Source: Mesotaenium endlicherianum
Taxonomy: Eukaryota
Assembly (NCBI GenBank): GCA_009602735.1
Contig: WELA01001627.1
Span: forward strand, 32,238 to 92,466
DNA length: 60,229 bases
Direction: 5' to 3'
The notes beneath the pieces are model-generated. The model ran no database searches. It saw only the letters and a program-made list of their open reading frames with translations, and was not told where the DNA came from. Below are positions 36,623-47,769 of this stretch, piece after piece. The position numbers were made by a program, and so were the translations under genes. Within the stretch, counting starts at the first letter, position 1. Every line of letters begins with the position of its first letter.

Positions 36623-39040
36623 TCAGTGAGCGACTGTGGACGCTCCCCCCGTGCGTGGTCCTGGTAGGTGCGCCACCGCAGGCGCGCATCCTGCAGGGCT
36701 GTGGGAGACAGCGCTGGCCTGACGTCGGGCCGAGGCCACGCACAGCTGCTGCCACCTGTCGCGCTGGGCGCGGTCAGTCTGGTGCGAGGCCGCGTGGGCC
36801 AGCTGTTCGAGAACGGGATGCGGAGTCAAGTAGGCTCGTTGGCGTGCGCGCATGTCTGCAGAGGGGACTGTGCAGACGGAGCGCTCGGAGCTGTCGACCT
36901 CCTGCGGGGATCGAACTAGCCGGCGAGGGGCCAGCTGGACTCGCGGCCGAGGCTGCCCTCGTGGGACGGACGCGTCCCGGGGCTGCCGGAGACTAGACAT
37001 GAGCCGTGTGCGTGCGGCGGCTGTAAATGGGTGACGACTAGGCGGCCTGCTGTTGGTGCGGGCCACCTTGGGAGGAGGTGACCCGGAGGGACCGTCGCCA
37101 GCGATGTGGCTGCGAGGGACGCTGGCGCGCGGAGCTGTAGGGGCCAGCATCACGAAATGCGCCTCGGAAGAAGACTGAGCGTCGTCGCCAGCTGAGAGGG
37201 GCCGGAAGGGCGGAGTGCGGCGTCGATCTCGAGTGTCGTCGTATGGCGGCGTGTCCCCGCGGGTCCGCGTGTCGTCGTAAGGAGGTGTGCGGTCCCTGTC
37301 GTCGTAGGGCGGCGTGACGGTGCGGGCGCGCGTCTCGCGGAGGGGAGTCACCTCTTGCGCCTCGCAAAGGGGTGTGAGCGATCGGGAGCGGCTCGTCTCG
37401 CGGAGAGGAGTGGTCTCTCGAGCGGGTCCGATGGTCGGCCAAGTGCGATGTGCGTAGGTCAGATGGGCGCAGATAGACGGGGTCGTGCGGTGTGGCTCGC
37501 GGACGCTGAGCCTGGGCGCTGGCTGTTGTATGGAGTGTGTGCCAGCGCTAGAGGAGGCCGCGGCAGCCCGGCTCGTCGCAAACAAATGCGCGATGCGGCG
37601 ACACTCGTGGCTCGTTGAGCAATCGTGTGACACTGGTCGGCTGGGTCCAGCGGCGTCGGTGCGAGCCCTGCTGGGCCAGTCGTGAGTCATGGGCTGGCTG
37701 GGTGCGCTGAAGTCGGGCGGACCAGTAGGTGTGCGTTGCCTGCGTGTTGTAGGTGCAGCTGGCGGGGGCTCCTCGGGTGGTGCCGCGCTGAGGGCCTCGA
37801 CGGAAGCCTCTGGCAGTTGTTCCCACTGCGTCTCCTCCTCACTTTTGTGGGACTAGTCGTCGGATCTGCCAGGATAAGCTGCCTGCCGCACGGCCTCGTC
37901 TTTGGATGCCGTGGGGCGAGGCCAGGTCTCGCCGGTCTGATGCGAGGCGTCGTGCGGGGGCGGCTGAGAGTCCATACTGTACTGAATGGCCACGCCAACA
38001 GGCACGTCGTGGCGAACGCGGACGTCGGTCCTCGCGGACGGTTCGCCTCGAGAGGCCGAGACCCCCTGATGAGTTGTGGGCGCTGCGACCGCACCGCAGG
38101 CAAGGGCGGCGGCAGCGATGGCTGTGATGGTCGTGGCGAGGGCCTTAGTGGCATCGTCCCACATCTGCCGCAACATCGCGCTGTGGGCAGTGCAGATGCG
38201 GATCTGCTCCCTGGCCTGGACTGCCAGGACATCCGCCTGCTGCTGCGGCGTGAGATGGAGCTCGACACTAGGTAGGTCCGGCTCCTTGTCCTGTGACTCG
38301 AGCAGATCCACCCCCACAGAGATCTCCTCGTCCTCGTGCCCGTCCTTATCGGTCTTGACCACTGGCCGGCCATCATCTAGTCCCATGAGGCCATAAAGAG
38401 CGGACACTGCTGGGCGGCGATCGACAATTTCAAGGGGCAAGGATGCGGTGCGCGTCCCCCCTGTCCTCCAGTCGGGACGATAGAAGACGCGCTCTGCCCA
38501 GTTGTCGACCGCGGCGCCTATGGGAAAGAGCACGTCCTGCCCTAGGAGCACATTGAAGGACTCGGAAGGAGTGACGAGTGCGTGCTGATGGATGGTCGTC
38601 TCGTCTGCCGTGCCTGGGCGCAGAGTGAACAGTAGCGCCAACCTCGTGCGGCCGGCGACGGTCTCGGACGTACCGGCGGCGGTGTTAATGCGCGTCGAGG
38701 AGTCCTCCAGGTCAGCAGAAGAGAGTCCCAGCTGACGAAAGTAGCGGAGGCTGATGAGGACCGGCTGCGCTCCTGTGTCGAACATGATGCGCTGTGGCGC
38801 CTGGGTGTTGACGAGCACGATCCCCTGCGAATTATCCAAAAACGCGTCGTTAGGAGTGCTGATCATCCTGCGCTCATGCGCAGAGCGCGCGGGCGTGAAT
38901 CGCACCGCGGTGGCGGCATCGGCCGTCGGTCTCCTGGCGGCGGTGCGCAGCGTGGCTCTGCGTGACTGGAGCATCAGCTGAGCGGCCTGCCTCGTTGCCT
39001 CCATGGAGACGCCGAGCTCTGCGAAGGAGATCGCCGGCAT
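36623..39040 (-). pseudogene. Aspartic protease and low-complexity linker of the same polyprotein
   Basis: IMFDTGAQ active site. ORFs 37853-39040 and 36623-37690 are in the same frame, separated by one TAG, and a frameshift near 36730 leads into the MTase frame. Confidence 0.8.
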
Positions 39041-40166
39041 ACGGTGCAGCGCCAGAGAGATGACCTCCGCGCTGAGCTGTACGTCGTCATAGGTGAAGCG
39101 AGCGCATGAGGCGTCGGCTCAGCTGAGGTCGTGGAGAGATCTAGGATGCGGAAGGAACGGGGCAGCCGCGGTGTCTCCTCCGTTCGGCGTCCTTGGTCTG
39201 GCCCGACGCGCTTCTGCGGAACAACGGGCCAACTGGCCGGTGCGGCGAGCGTGTGCTCGCGGCTCGCGCGCCCGACTGTGGAGCGGTTGCCGAGTGGCTA
39301 CGCGCGTGCGCAGCAGGCCAGAATGGCTGCTGCTGGCGCAGCCGGCAAACTTGCCGCGNNNNNNNNNNNNNNNNNNNNNNNNNNNNNNNNNNNNNNNNNN
39401 NNNNNNNNNNNNNNNNNNNNNNNNNNNNNNNNNNNNNNNNNNNNNNNNNNNNNNNNNNNNNNNNNNNNNNNNNNNNNNNNNNNNNNNNNNNNNNNNNNNN
39501 NNNNNNNNNNNNNNNNNNNNNNNNNNNNNNNNNNNNNNNNNNNNNNNNNNNNNNNNNNNNNNNNNNNNNNNNNNNNNNNNNNNNNNNNNNNNNNNNNNNN
39601 NNNNNNNNNNNNNNNNNNNNNNNNNNNNNNNNNNNNNNNNNNNNNNNNNNNNNNNNNNNNNNNNNNNNNNNNNNNNNNNNNNNNNNNNNNNNNNNNNNNN
39701 NNNNNNNNNNNNNNNNNNNNNNNNNNNNNNNNNNNNNNNNNNNNNNNNNNNNNNNNNNNNNNNNNNNNNNNNNNNNNNNNNNNNNNNNNNNNNNNNNNNN
39801 NNNNNNNNNNNNNNNNNNNNNNNNNNNNNNNNNNNNNNNNNNNNNNNNNNNNNNNNNNNNNNNNNNNNNNNNNNNNNNNNNNNNNNNNNNNNNNNNNNNN
39901 NNNNNNNNNNNNNNNNNNNNNNNNNNNNNNNNNNNNNNNNNNNNNNNNNNNNNNNNNNNNNNNNNNNNNNNNNNNNNNNNNNNNNNNNNNNNNNNNNNNN
40001 NNNNNNNNNNNNNNNNNNNNNNNNNNNNNNNNNNNNNNNNNNNNNNNNNNNNNNNNNNNNNNNNNNNNNNNNNNNNNNNNNNNNNNNNNNNNNNNNNNNN
40101 NNNNNNNNNNNNNNNNNNNNNNNNNNNNNNNNNNNNNNNNNNNNNNNNNNNNNNNNNNNNNNNNNN

Positions 40167-42109
40167 GTCAGGACCCCCCCCTGCTGACCGAGGGTGGCGG
40201 CCGCAACGCCCGTCGCTGCGCTGGCCGTACAGGCCTGCGCGCATGCGCCACTTGGCAGCGCGTGGGTGCAGCTGCTGTGCGCGGCTGCAGCTGCCGCCGT
40301 GACGACGTCGTGGCGTCGCCGAATGTACCGTGGTTCTGGCAGCGCAATGCGCGGGACGCACGTGAGAGCCAGCGTGCGTGCGTGCATGCCGCTGTTGGCA
40401 GAGGCGGCCCCGCCTGCCGTGCAAGTGCCACGTGGCGGTCCCTGCTGGGGCCTGCTGTCTACAGCAGCAAGCGGGGACCGGCTGTCTCTGCCTGTGCGCA
40501 GAGCTGCGCGCGGGCGTGCCGTACGGACGGAGTGGGACGCTGCGGCCGGACCCGCTGTAGCCGTGCACACCGCCAGGTGCCCCCGTCCCTGCCTGCCAGC
40601 TGTCGCTACGCGGGCCGACGTAAGGCTTGCTGGTGTCAACAGGGAAGCGCAAGCCAAAGGCTCTGTCGGGGCTTCGGCTGGCGCGCGGGCTGGCCTGCGT
40701 GCGCGCGAGTTTGCGCCGGCTGTCAGCGCCGTGGCGTAGGGCGGTGGAACGGACGCGAGGAGTGCTCCGCACTCGTCATAGTTGTCGGCGTCAAAGAGGC
40801 CACGGAGTCTAGCGATCTCCGCGTTGGCCTCCATGAGGGCGTCGCTGATGTCGTCGAAGCTGCAGTAGTCGGCTCCAGGAATCAATGCGGCGTTCGTCGT
40901 GGCCGTAGCTGCTGTCATCGCGGGGCGGCCACCCGCACGAGGGTTGCGTGCGCCTCGCTGTCCTGCTGAAGGCGTAGGGCCGTCGCGAGCGCGGCCGTTC
41001 TCGACGTCGCGCTTCTTTTGCAGACAGACGATCTGCAGGTGGCCGGCTTTGCCACAGTAGGTGCAGTCGCCGGGCTTGCCATTCTGCGCGAGAGTGCAGT
41101 TGTGGCGTGAGTGGCCCATCTTGCCGCAGGACCAGCAGGGATCGCTCGTGGTGGCAGCCATGGAAATGCGGCCACGCGTAGCTCCGCGCTGCTGCGTCTG
41201 CTGAGGCAGCTGAGAGCGCTGAGGCTGCTGCTGCTGTGACTGGGGCTGGCGGGCAGGCGTCGTGCGCGTCGTAGAAGACGGCAACACAGAGGCCTCCTGG
41301 CGCACGCCCGTGGATGCTAAGCCCACACGGTCGCTAATGTTGCTCCGTGCGGCGGCCAAGCTCTGCTTCTCAACGGAGAGGTAGGCCTGCTCCAGAGAAT
41401 ACTCGGAACCGTGACGGTCGATGAGGGGGACTACGGCCCTCTCCCTCAGACGCGGCTCGACGGCACGCAAGAAGATCCCCGCGGCCTCCCGGTGAATGAC
41501 AGTGCCGACATCGCGGCGGAGGTGCACCAAGCGGCGGTACATCATGCGGATAGTCTCGTTCTTGCGTCGGAAACAATGGTGCAGCTCGTACACCTTCTCT
41601 TCAGTTGCAGCCTGGAACTCTGTCTTTAGGATGTTCCAGAAGGCTTGCACTGGATCGGCTAGCAGGGTTGCCACTGGTGGGTCACCCACAAGCTCAGTGC
41701 GGGTCCGGAGCTCGGCCTCCTTCTCACGGAAGGTGTCGCGGGCCTCGTGCGAGAGGTAGCGCATAAGCGTGTCGAAGACGTCGCGCTTAGTCAGCGTGGG
41801 TGTCTTGAGCTTTGCAGCCGCGAAGTTAGCCTGAAACTCCGAGATGGTATCTTCCAGATCACAGGTGCCTGGCCTACCGCTGAAGCGATAGGCAGACCTG
41901 TCAGCCCTGACCTCGTGGTCACCTGCCATGGGATACCAGAAACCGTAGTGAGCCCACTGGGGAGATGGCTCGGAAGCAACTGCTGTGTGCTGGAGAGCAG
42001 GTCGCTCTTCTTCAGCGGGTTCAGTGATGGTGCTGAGATCTGAGTCTGAGTCTTCGTCACTGACCCCTTCGTAGTATGGCTGATAAGAAAGCCCACTACG
42101 GGTAGGCAT
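40167..42109 (-). CDS. gag: gag with two CCHC zinc knuckles (continues into an assembly gap)
   Basis: CWSCGKMGHSRHNC and CTYCGKAGHLQIVC; first ORF after repeat A1. Confidence 0.85.
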
Positions 42110-42167
42110 ACATTGAAGGTTCTAATTGCTTGAGGGCAAAGAGAGATCTTTTAGAAGTAAGGGAAGT

Positions 42168-43157
42168 GTACTCTCCAGAGTGAGCACCTCAAGACTGTAA
42201 TCTGGTAGGAAAACAACTAATGAAGTATGGCCCAAAAGATCACTGGAAGCACATCATGATCTTCAGAGTAGTCCTATGGCAAGGGCTTAAGCTGTGACTT
42301 TGCTCACCACTTGTGAAGTTCTTCAAGTGACTGGAAGCCTGGAGGGCTTGCTCTTCACAAGAGAGTAACTAAGTGGTCCTGAAAACACAAGAGATAAAAG
42401 TATGAACTTTACTGATAATCTTTGTTACTTGCACCTGGCATAATGGACTTTTGAAAGATGTCTCTTCTAGGGACATCTCTAGTATTTATACTCCTGGAAA
42501 TCCGGCGGGGTATGCGGCGGATCCAATGCATGTAGTCACTCTAGGAGGCTCTCCTATGTCCACTAATGTGTACAAGGCATGTACTAGCACTCCTATAGGC
42601 TAGGCATTACTCAAACCAATCAAAACAAGGTGCGTAGGATATGCTACATGACCCTCATTGGCCGAGCTTACCTTGGGTGGTTCTACCTAGATAGCGCCTC
42701 AAAAGTGGATCTGAAAATTGCGGAAGCTTCCTCTAGGAGTAGGTGATGCAGTCACCAAGTTATAGCCTCAATGACGCACATATACTATGGAAATGCAAAG
42801 CTTATGTAGGCTAAGGGGCTCGCGGATTTGTGCGCACAAGCTAGGGGTTTTAGGGGGTCACAAATAGGCAAGAATGTGCACATTGAAACACACATTGCCC
42901 TTTGGTGAGGATCCGCTAGGGGCCGGTACGTGACGCGGACTAGATCGCTCATATCTCGCGCGATACATGACCAAATGACGCGAACCCGGTGCCGTTCGGA
43001 AGGTGACTCGACGCGCTACACTTTGGTGACTTGGAAATTGAGAAAAGGTCAACGTATGGATGCGTAAAGTCTATGCAAAGTCGGCCTTCCTAGGTTGATG
43101 GTTCACACATGTGGAGCTCGGTTTCGTGCGGCAACCTCGACTCAATAAATCATGACA
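42168..43157 (-). repeat. Terminal repeat A, copy 1 (5' end, probable promoter)
   Basis: Begins TGTCA on the - strand; TATAAATA on the - strand near 42483-42490; no TGG-type PBS follows. Confidence 0.93.
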
Positions 43158-44435
43158 ACTGCATGGCTGGGCTCACTCAGTTCTTCACTGAGAGCTTTAC
43201 TTGTTAACACTACTCTTGCTATTAGCAATTCGACACTTGAGACTTCTGAGAACTTGGAAACTAACACAGCACTCACCATTTTAAGTGACCCTCGCACGCT
43301 TGCGGCGTTTGACCCAAACCTGTGCTAATCTCCTAACAGATTCTATTCTGCAGCTCTCTACTTTCTACCAGCGAGATCCTCTCTTGGAAACTCCTGAGGT
43401 CTAACCTTTCTATGATACACTTAGGAAGAAATCTTCCAGCGTCGGTAGAAGCGTGGCGCCCCGACTCTTCTATGGCCTTGGAAACTCCTTCTTCTTTGCG
43501 CTCCTTCTGCTTCTTCAGCTTCCTTTGACAACGATGCGAGCAAGAATGAGGCAGCTTCAGGCAGGACTCGTGCCTCTCACAGGCACCACACACTGTCCTC
43601 TCTCGAGAATGCCAGTGCTTAGTCACAGCGCTTAGCGTGCATGCCGTCCTTACCCAGCAGCTCTTACACAGCTTAGAAGTTGTCACAGGGTTACGCCGTA
43701 CGCCGTACAGGCCGACCCTCGTACGCTTAATTAAGCGTACTGAACCAGTACGCACGTACTAAGCGTACGAATAATTTTCAACTCGTGCGCGCCGCCCAGT
43801 GACGCGCCGACGTATTCACGTCTGGCACTGCACGCTCCGTTTCACTTATTAGTTTAAAATTGTCGTCGATCGAAGCGATGAAACATGACAGTACATGCAG
43901 ACAAGTTTTATCAGCAACGGCGGGAACATAAAAAAACAAGTGAAAGTTTCACCAATATTTGGGCCACCATGACATTGGTTCCAATTTCCCTCTCTTGCAC
44001 ATACGCATCTGCTTCGGTGTAGTGCAGCCGCGAATATTTACAAGCCAAACTTGAGGCCTACTTAACAGCTCTGTAGCCTCTTGTTGTTCATTCTACATCT
44101 GCTGATCATTCTTGTAAGTTTCTTTACCTCGTTTTCATGACCTCGCTTCCTCGCTCGCTTGTTCTTGTTACTTGTATATGTATTCATGTTTTGTTTATGG
44201 AAGTTTTTTATTCCGTTTGTTTGTGGCTGGTTCTGGTAATGGATCTTCAATTAGGCTTAGCTCACTAGTGCTAACAATGTCAATGTTCATGTGAGAGGCA
44301 GGCCTACACAAAGAGCACAAAGTTGAACCCATCTAGCGCCTATCGACGTGCCACCGTCCACAGACAAGTGCATCAGGTCACATGCGCCTCTCCCCTCCTC
44401 TTTTCTGCTGTCTTTTTTGGCATGGGGGATCTATT

Positions 44436-47400
44436 TGGCTTGTCAGGGCTGGCTGCCAGCCCCTTGCTTGCTTTTGTGGGGCTGGCTGCCACCCCTGAGC
44501 TTGCTTTTGTCGGGGCTGGCTGCCAGCTCCTGCTTGCTTTTGTGGGGCTGGCTGCCACCCCTGAGCTTGCTTTTGTCGAGGCTGGCTGCCAGCTCCTGCT
44601 TGCTTTTGTGGGGCTGGCTGCCAGCCCCTTGCTATTTTAAGATTTTAGTTGGGGCTGGCTGCCAGTCCCTCTCTTGCATTTGTCGGGGCTGGCTGCCAGT
44701 CCCTCTCTTGCTTTTGCCGGGGCTGGCTGCCAGCCACCTGCTTGCTTTTGTGGAGCTGGCTGCCACTCCTGAGCTTGCTTTTGTTGAGGCTGGCTGCCAG
44801 TCCCCTGCTTGCTTTTGTGGGGCTGGCTGCCACCCCTGAGCTTGCTTTTGTCGGGGCTGGCTGCCAGCTCCTGCTAGCTTTTGTGGGGCTGGCTGCCAGC
44901 CCCTTGCTATTTTAAGATTTTAGTTGGGGCTCGCTGCCAGTCCCTCTCTTGCATTTGTCGGGGCTGGCTGCTAGTCCCTCTCTTGCTTTTGCCGGGGCTG
45001 GTTGCCAGCCACCTGCTTGCTTTTGTGGGGCTGGCTGCCACCCCTGAGCTTGCTTTTGTCGGGGCTGGCTGCCAGCCCCTTGCTATTTTAAGATTTTAGT
45101 TGGGGCTGGCTGCCAGTCCCTCTCTTGCATTTGTCGGGGCTGGCTGCCAGTCCCTCTCTTGCTTTTGCCGGGGCTGGCTGCCAGCCACCTGCTTGCTTTT
45201 GTGGGGCTGGCTGCCACCCCTGAGCTTGCTTTTGTCGAGGCTGGCTGCCAGTCCCCTGCTTGCTTTTGTGGGGCTGGCTGCCACCCCTGAGCTTGCTTTT
45301 GTCGGGGCTGGCTGCCAGCCCCCTGCTTGCTTTTGTGGGCCTGGCTGCCAGCCCCTTACTTGCTATTTTAAGATTTTAGTTGGGGCTGCCTGCCAGTCCC
45401 TCTCTTGCATTTGTCGGGGCTGGCTGCCAGTCTCTCTCTTGCGTTTGTCAAGGCTGGCTGCCAATCCCTTGCTTGCTTTTGTGGGGCTGGCTGCCACCCC
45501 TGAGCTTGCTTTTGTCGAGGCTGGCTGCTAGTCCCCAACTTTCTTGTGTGGGGCTAGCTGCCAGCCCTGAGCTTGCTTTTGTCGGGCTGGCTGCCAGCTC
45601 CTGCTTACTTTTGTGGGGCTGGCTGCCAGCCTCTTGCTATTTTAAGATTTTAGTTGGGGCTGGCTGCCAGTCCCTCTCTTGCGTTTGTTGGGACTGGCTG
45701 CCAGCCCCCTACTTGCTTTTGTGGGAGCTGGCTGCCAGCCCCCTGCTTGCTTTCGTGGGGCTGGCTGCCAGCCCCGAGCCTCCTTTTTTTGGGGCTGGCT
45801 GCCAGCCCCTTACTTGCTATTTTAAGGTTTTAGTTGGGGCTGCCTGCCAGTCCCTCTCTTGCGTTTGTCGGGGCTGGCTGCCAGCCCCCTGCTTGCTTTT
45901 GTCGGGGCTGGCTGCCAGCTCCTGCTTGCTTTTGTGGGGCTGGCTGCCAGCCTCTTGCTATTTTAAGATTTTAGTTGGGGCTGGCTGCCAATTCCTCTCT
46001 TGCGTTTGTTGGGACTGGCTGCCAGCCCCCTACTTGCTTTTGTGGGGCTGGCTGCTAGCCCTGAGCTTGCTTTTGTTGGGGCTGGCTGCCAGCCCCCTGC
46101 TCGCTTTTGTGGGGCTGGCTGCCAGGCCCTTACTTGCTATTTCAATGTTTTAGTTGGGGCTGGCTACCAGTCCCTCTCCTGCGTTTGTCGGGGCTAGCTA
46201 CCAGCCCCCTGCTTGCTTTTGTGGGGGCTGGCTGCCAGCCCCCTGCTTGCTTTCGTGGGGCTGGCTGCCAGCCCCGAGCTTCCTTTTTTTGGGGCTGGCT
46301 GCCAGCCCCTTACTTGCTATTTTAAGGTTTTAGTTGGGGCTGGCTGCCAGTCCCTCTCTTGCGTTTGTCGGGGCTGGCTGCCAGCCCCTTGCTTAATGTT
46401 TTAGGGTTTTACTTGGGGCGGGCTGCCAGCCCCTTGCTTGGTGTTTTAGGGTTTTAGTCGGGGCGGGCTGCCAGTCCCTTGCTCTGTGTTTTGGGATTTT
46501 AGTTGGGGCGGGCTGCCAGCCCCTTGCTTGCTTTTGTCGGCTTGCTTGCGTATTTGTTTCCTGTTGATTTGGACTAGCAGTCTGTTTCATAATTTTAAAA
46601 CATTGTCTACTTTTTTTTTGTCTTGTGTGAAGCAGGGCAAGACAAAGAGGAGTGAGTGGACCCCCCTTGTGCCTATCGACGCGCGCGCCTATCGACGCGT
46701 GAGCAACGAGAGGTGGACAGGTGCCTTGACCCTCCCTCCTTCCTCTTTCCCCTCTCTCTCGTGCCCCTTGTTTGCTTTTGTTGGGGCTGGCAGCCAGCCC
46801 CGAGCTTGCTTTTGTGGAGCTGGCTGCCAGCCCCGAGCTTCCTTTTTTAGGGGCTGGCTGCCCAACCCCTGCTTGCTTTTGCGGGGCTGGCTGCCAGCCC
46901 CTTACTTGCTATTCTAATGTTTAAGTTGGGACTGGCTACCAGTCCCGCTCTTGCGTTTGTCGGTGATGGCTACCAGCCCCCTGCTTGCTTTTGTGGGGGC
47001 TATCTGCCAGCCCTCAGCTTGCTTTTGTTGGGGCTGGCTGCCAGCTCCGAGCTTGCGTTTATTGGGGCTGGCTGCCAGCCCCTTACTTGCTATTTTAAGG
47101 TTTTAGTTGGGGCTGGCTGCCAGTCCCTCTCTTGCGTTTGTCGGGGCTGGCTGCCAGCCCCCTGCTTGCTTTTGTGGGGCTGGCTGCCAGCCCTAAGCTT
47201 GCTTTTGTCGGGGCTGGCTGCCAGCTCCGAGCTTGCGTTTATTGGGGCTGGCTGCCAGCCCCTTACTTGCTATTTTAAGGTTTTAGTTGGGGCTGGCTGC
47301 CAGTCCCTCTCTTGCGTTTGTCGGGGCTGGCTGCCAGCCCCCTGCTTGCTTTTGTGGGGGCTGGCTGCCAGCCCTGAGCTTGCTTTTGTCGGGGCTGGCT

Positions 47401-47672
47401 GACAGCCCCTTGCTAATTTAGGGTTTTAGTCGAGGCAGGCTGCTAGCCCCTTGCTGTTTTAAGGTTTTTGTTGGAGCTGGCTGCTAGTGTGCGCCTTGCT
47501 TAGTTTTAGGGGAGCTGGCTGCCAGGCTCGGGGCTGGCTGCTCCTGTCGGGGCTGGCTGCCAGCCCCGTGCTTGCTCTTGTCGGGGCTGGCCGCCAGCCC
47601 CTTGCTTGCTGTTTTAGGGTTTTAGGGTTTTAGGGTTTTAAAGTTTTAGGATTTTAAGTTGGGGCGGGCTGC
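44436..47672. repeat. Palindromic ~33-bp minisatellite in the predicted 5'-UTR intron of the hAT transposase
   Basis: Dozens of GGGGCTGGC-T-GCCAGCCCC cores with T-rich linkers; unique interruption at about 46540-46780; candidate intron 44114 (GTAAG) to 47755 (TTGCAG). Confidence 0.92.
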
Positions 47673-47769
47673 CTGGCAATTATTGGCTTTTTTGGGGGTT
47701 GTTTGAATGACATCTTACTTTGTCTCTTATTGGTTCTTGTGCTTCATTATTGCAGGTTTCACCTTCATC

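Larger units (their letters stand above)
30642..43157 (-). mobile_element. Ty3/Gypsy retrotransposon with gag-protease-DNMT3-like-RT-RNaseH-integrase-PHD and split terminal repeats
   Basis: TG...CA outer termini. Repeat A at 42168-43157 and 30778-31777; repeat B at 31780-31914 and 30642-30777. PPT (G8) at 31915-31922. Possible imperfect 4-bp TSD ACTA/ACTG. Confidence 0.9.

Noticed and set aside
32791..36755. Long antisense and alternate-frame ORFs over pol, checked for a tyrosine recombinase
   Set aside because: Shadow ORFs of GC-rich coding sequence; no recombinase motifs recognised.
39093..40969. Long ORFs with X runs (also 14554-15112 and 26104-26581)
   Set aside because: Artefacts of N gaps.
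44323..47402. Leu/Ala/Gly-rich repetitive ORFs resembling membrane proteins
   Set aside because: Open in several frames because of the minisatellite; no coding evidence.
44436..47672. CRISPR-like look (palindromic repeat plus spacer)
   Set aside because: The linkers are repeated, not unique, and only about 14-25 bp; there are no cas genes and the context is a eukaryotic transposon.
47707..47769. Hydrophobic N-terminal extension on the hAT ORF
   Set aside because: Corresponds to the polypyrimidine tract and acceptor (AG at 47755) of the likely intron; ATG 47770 is the better start.
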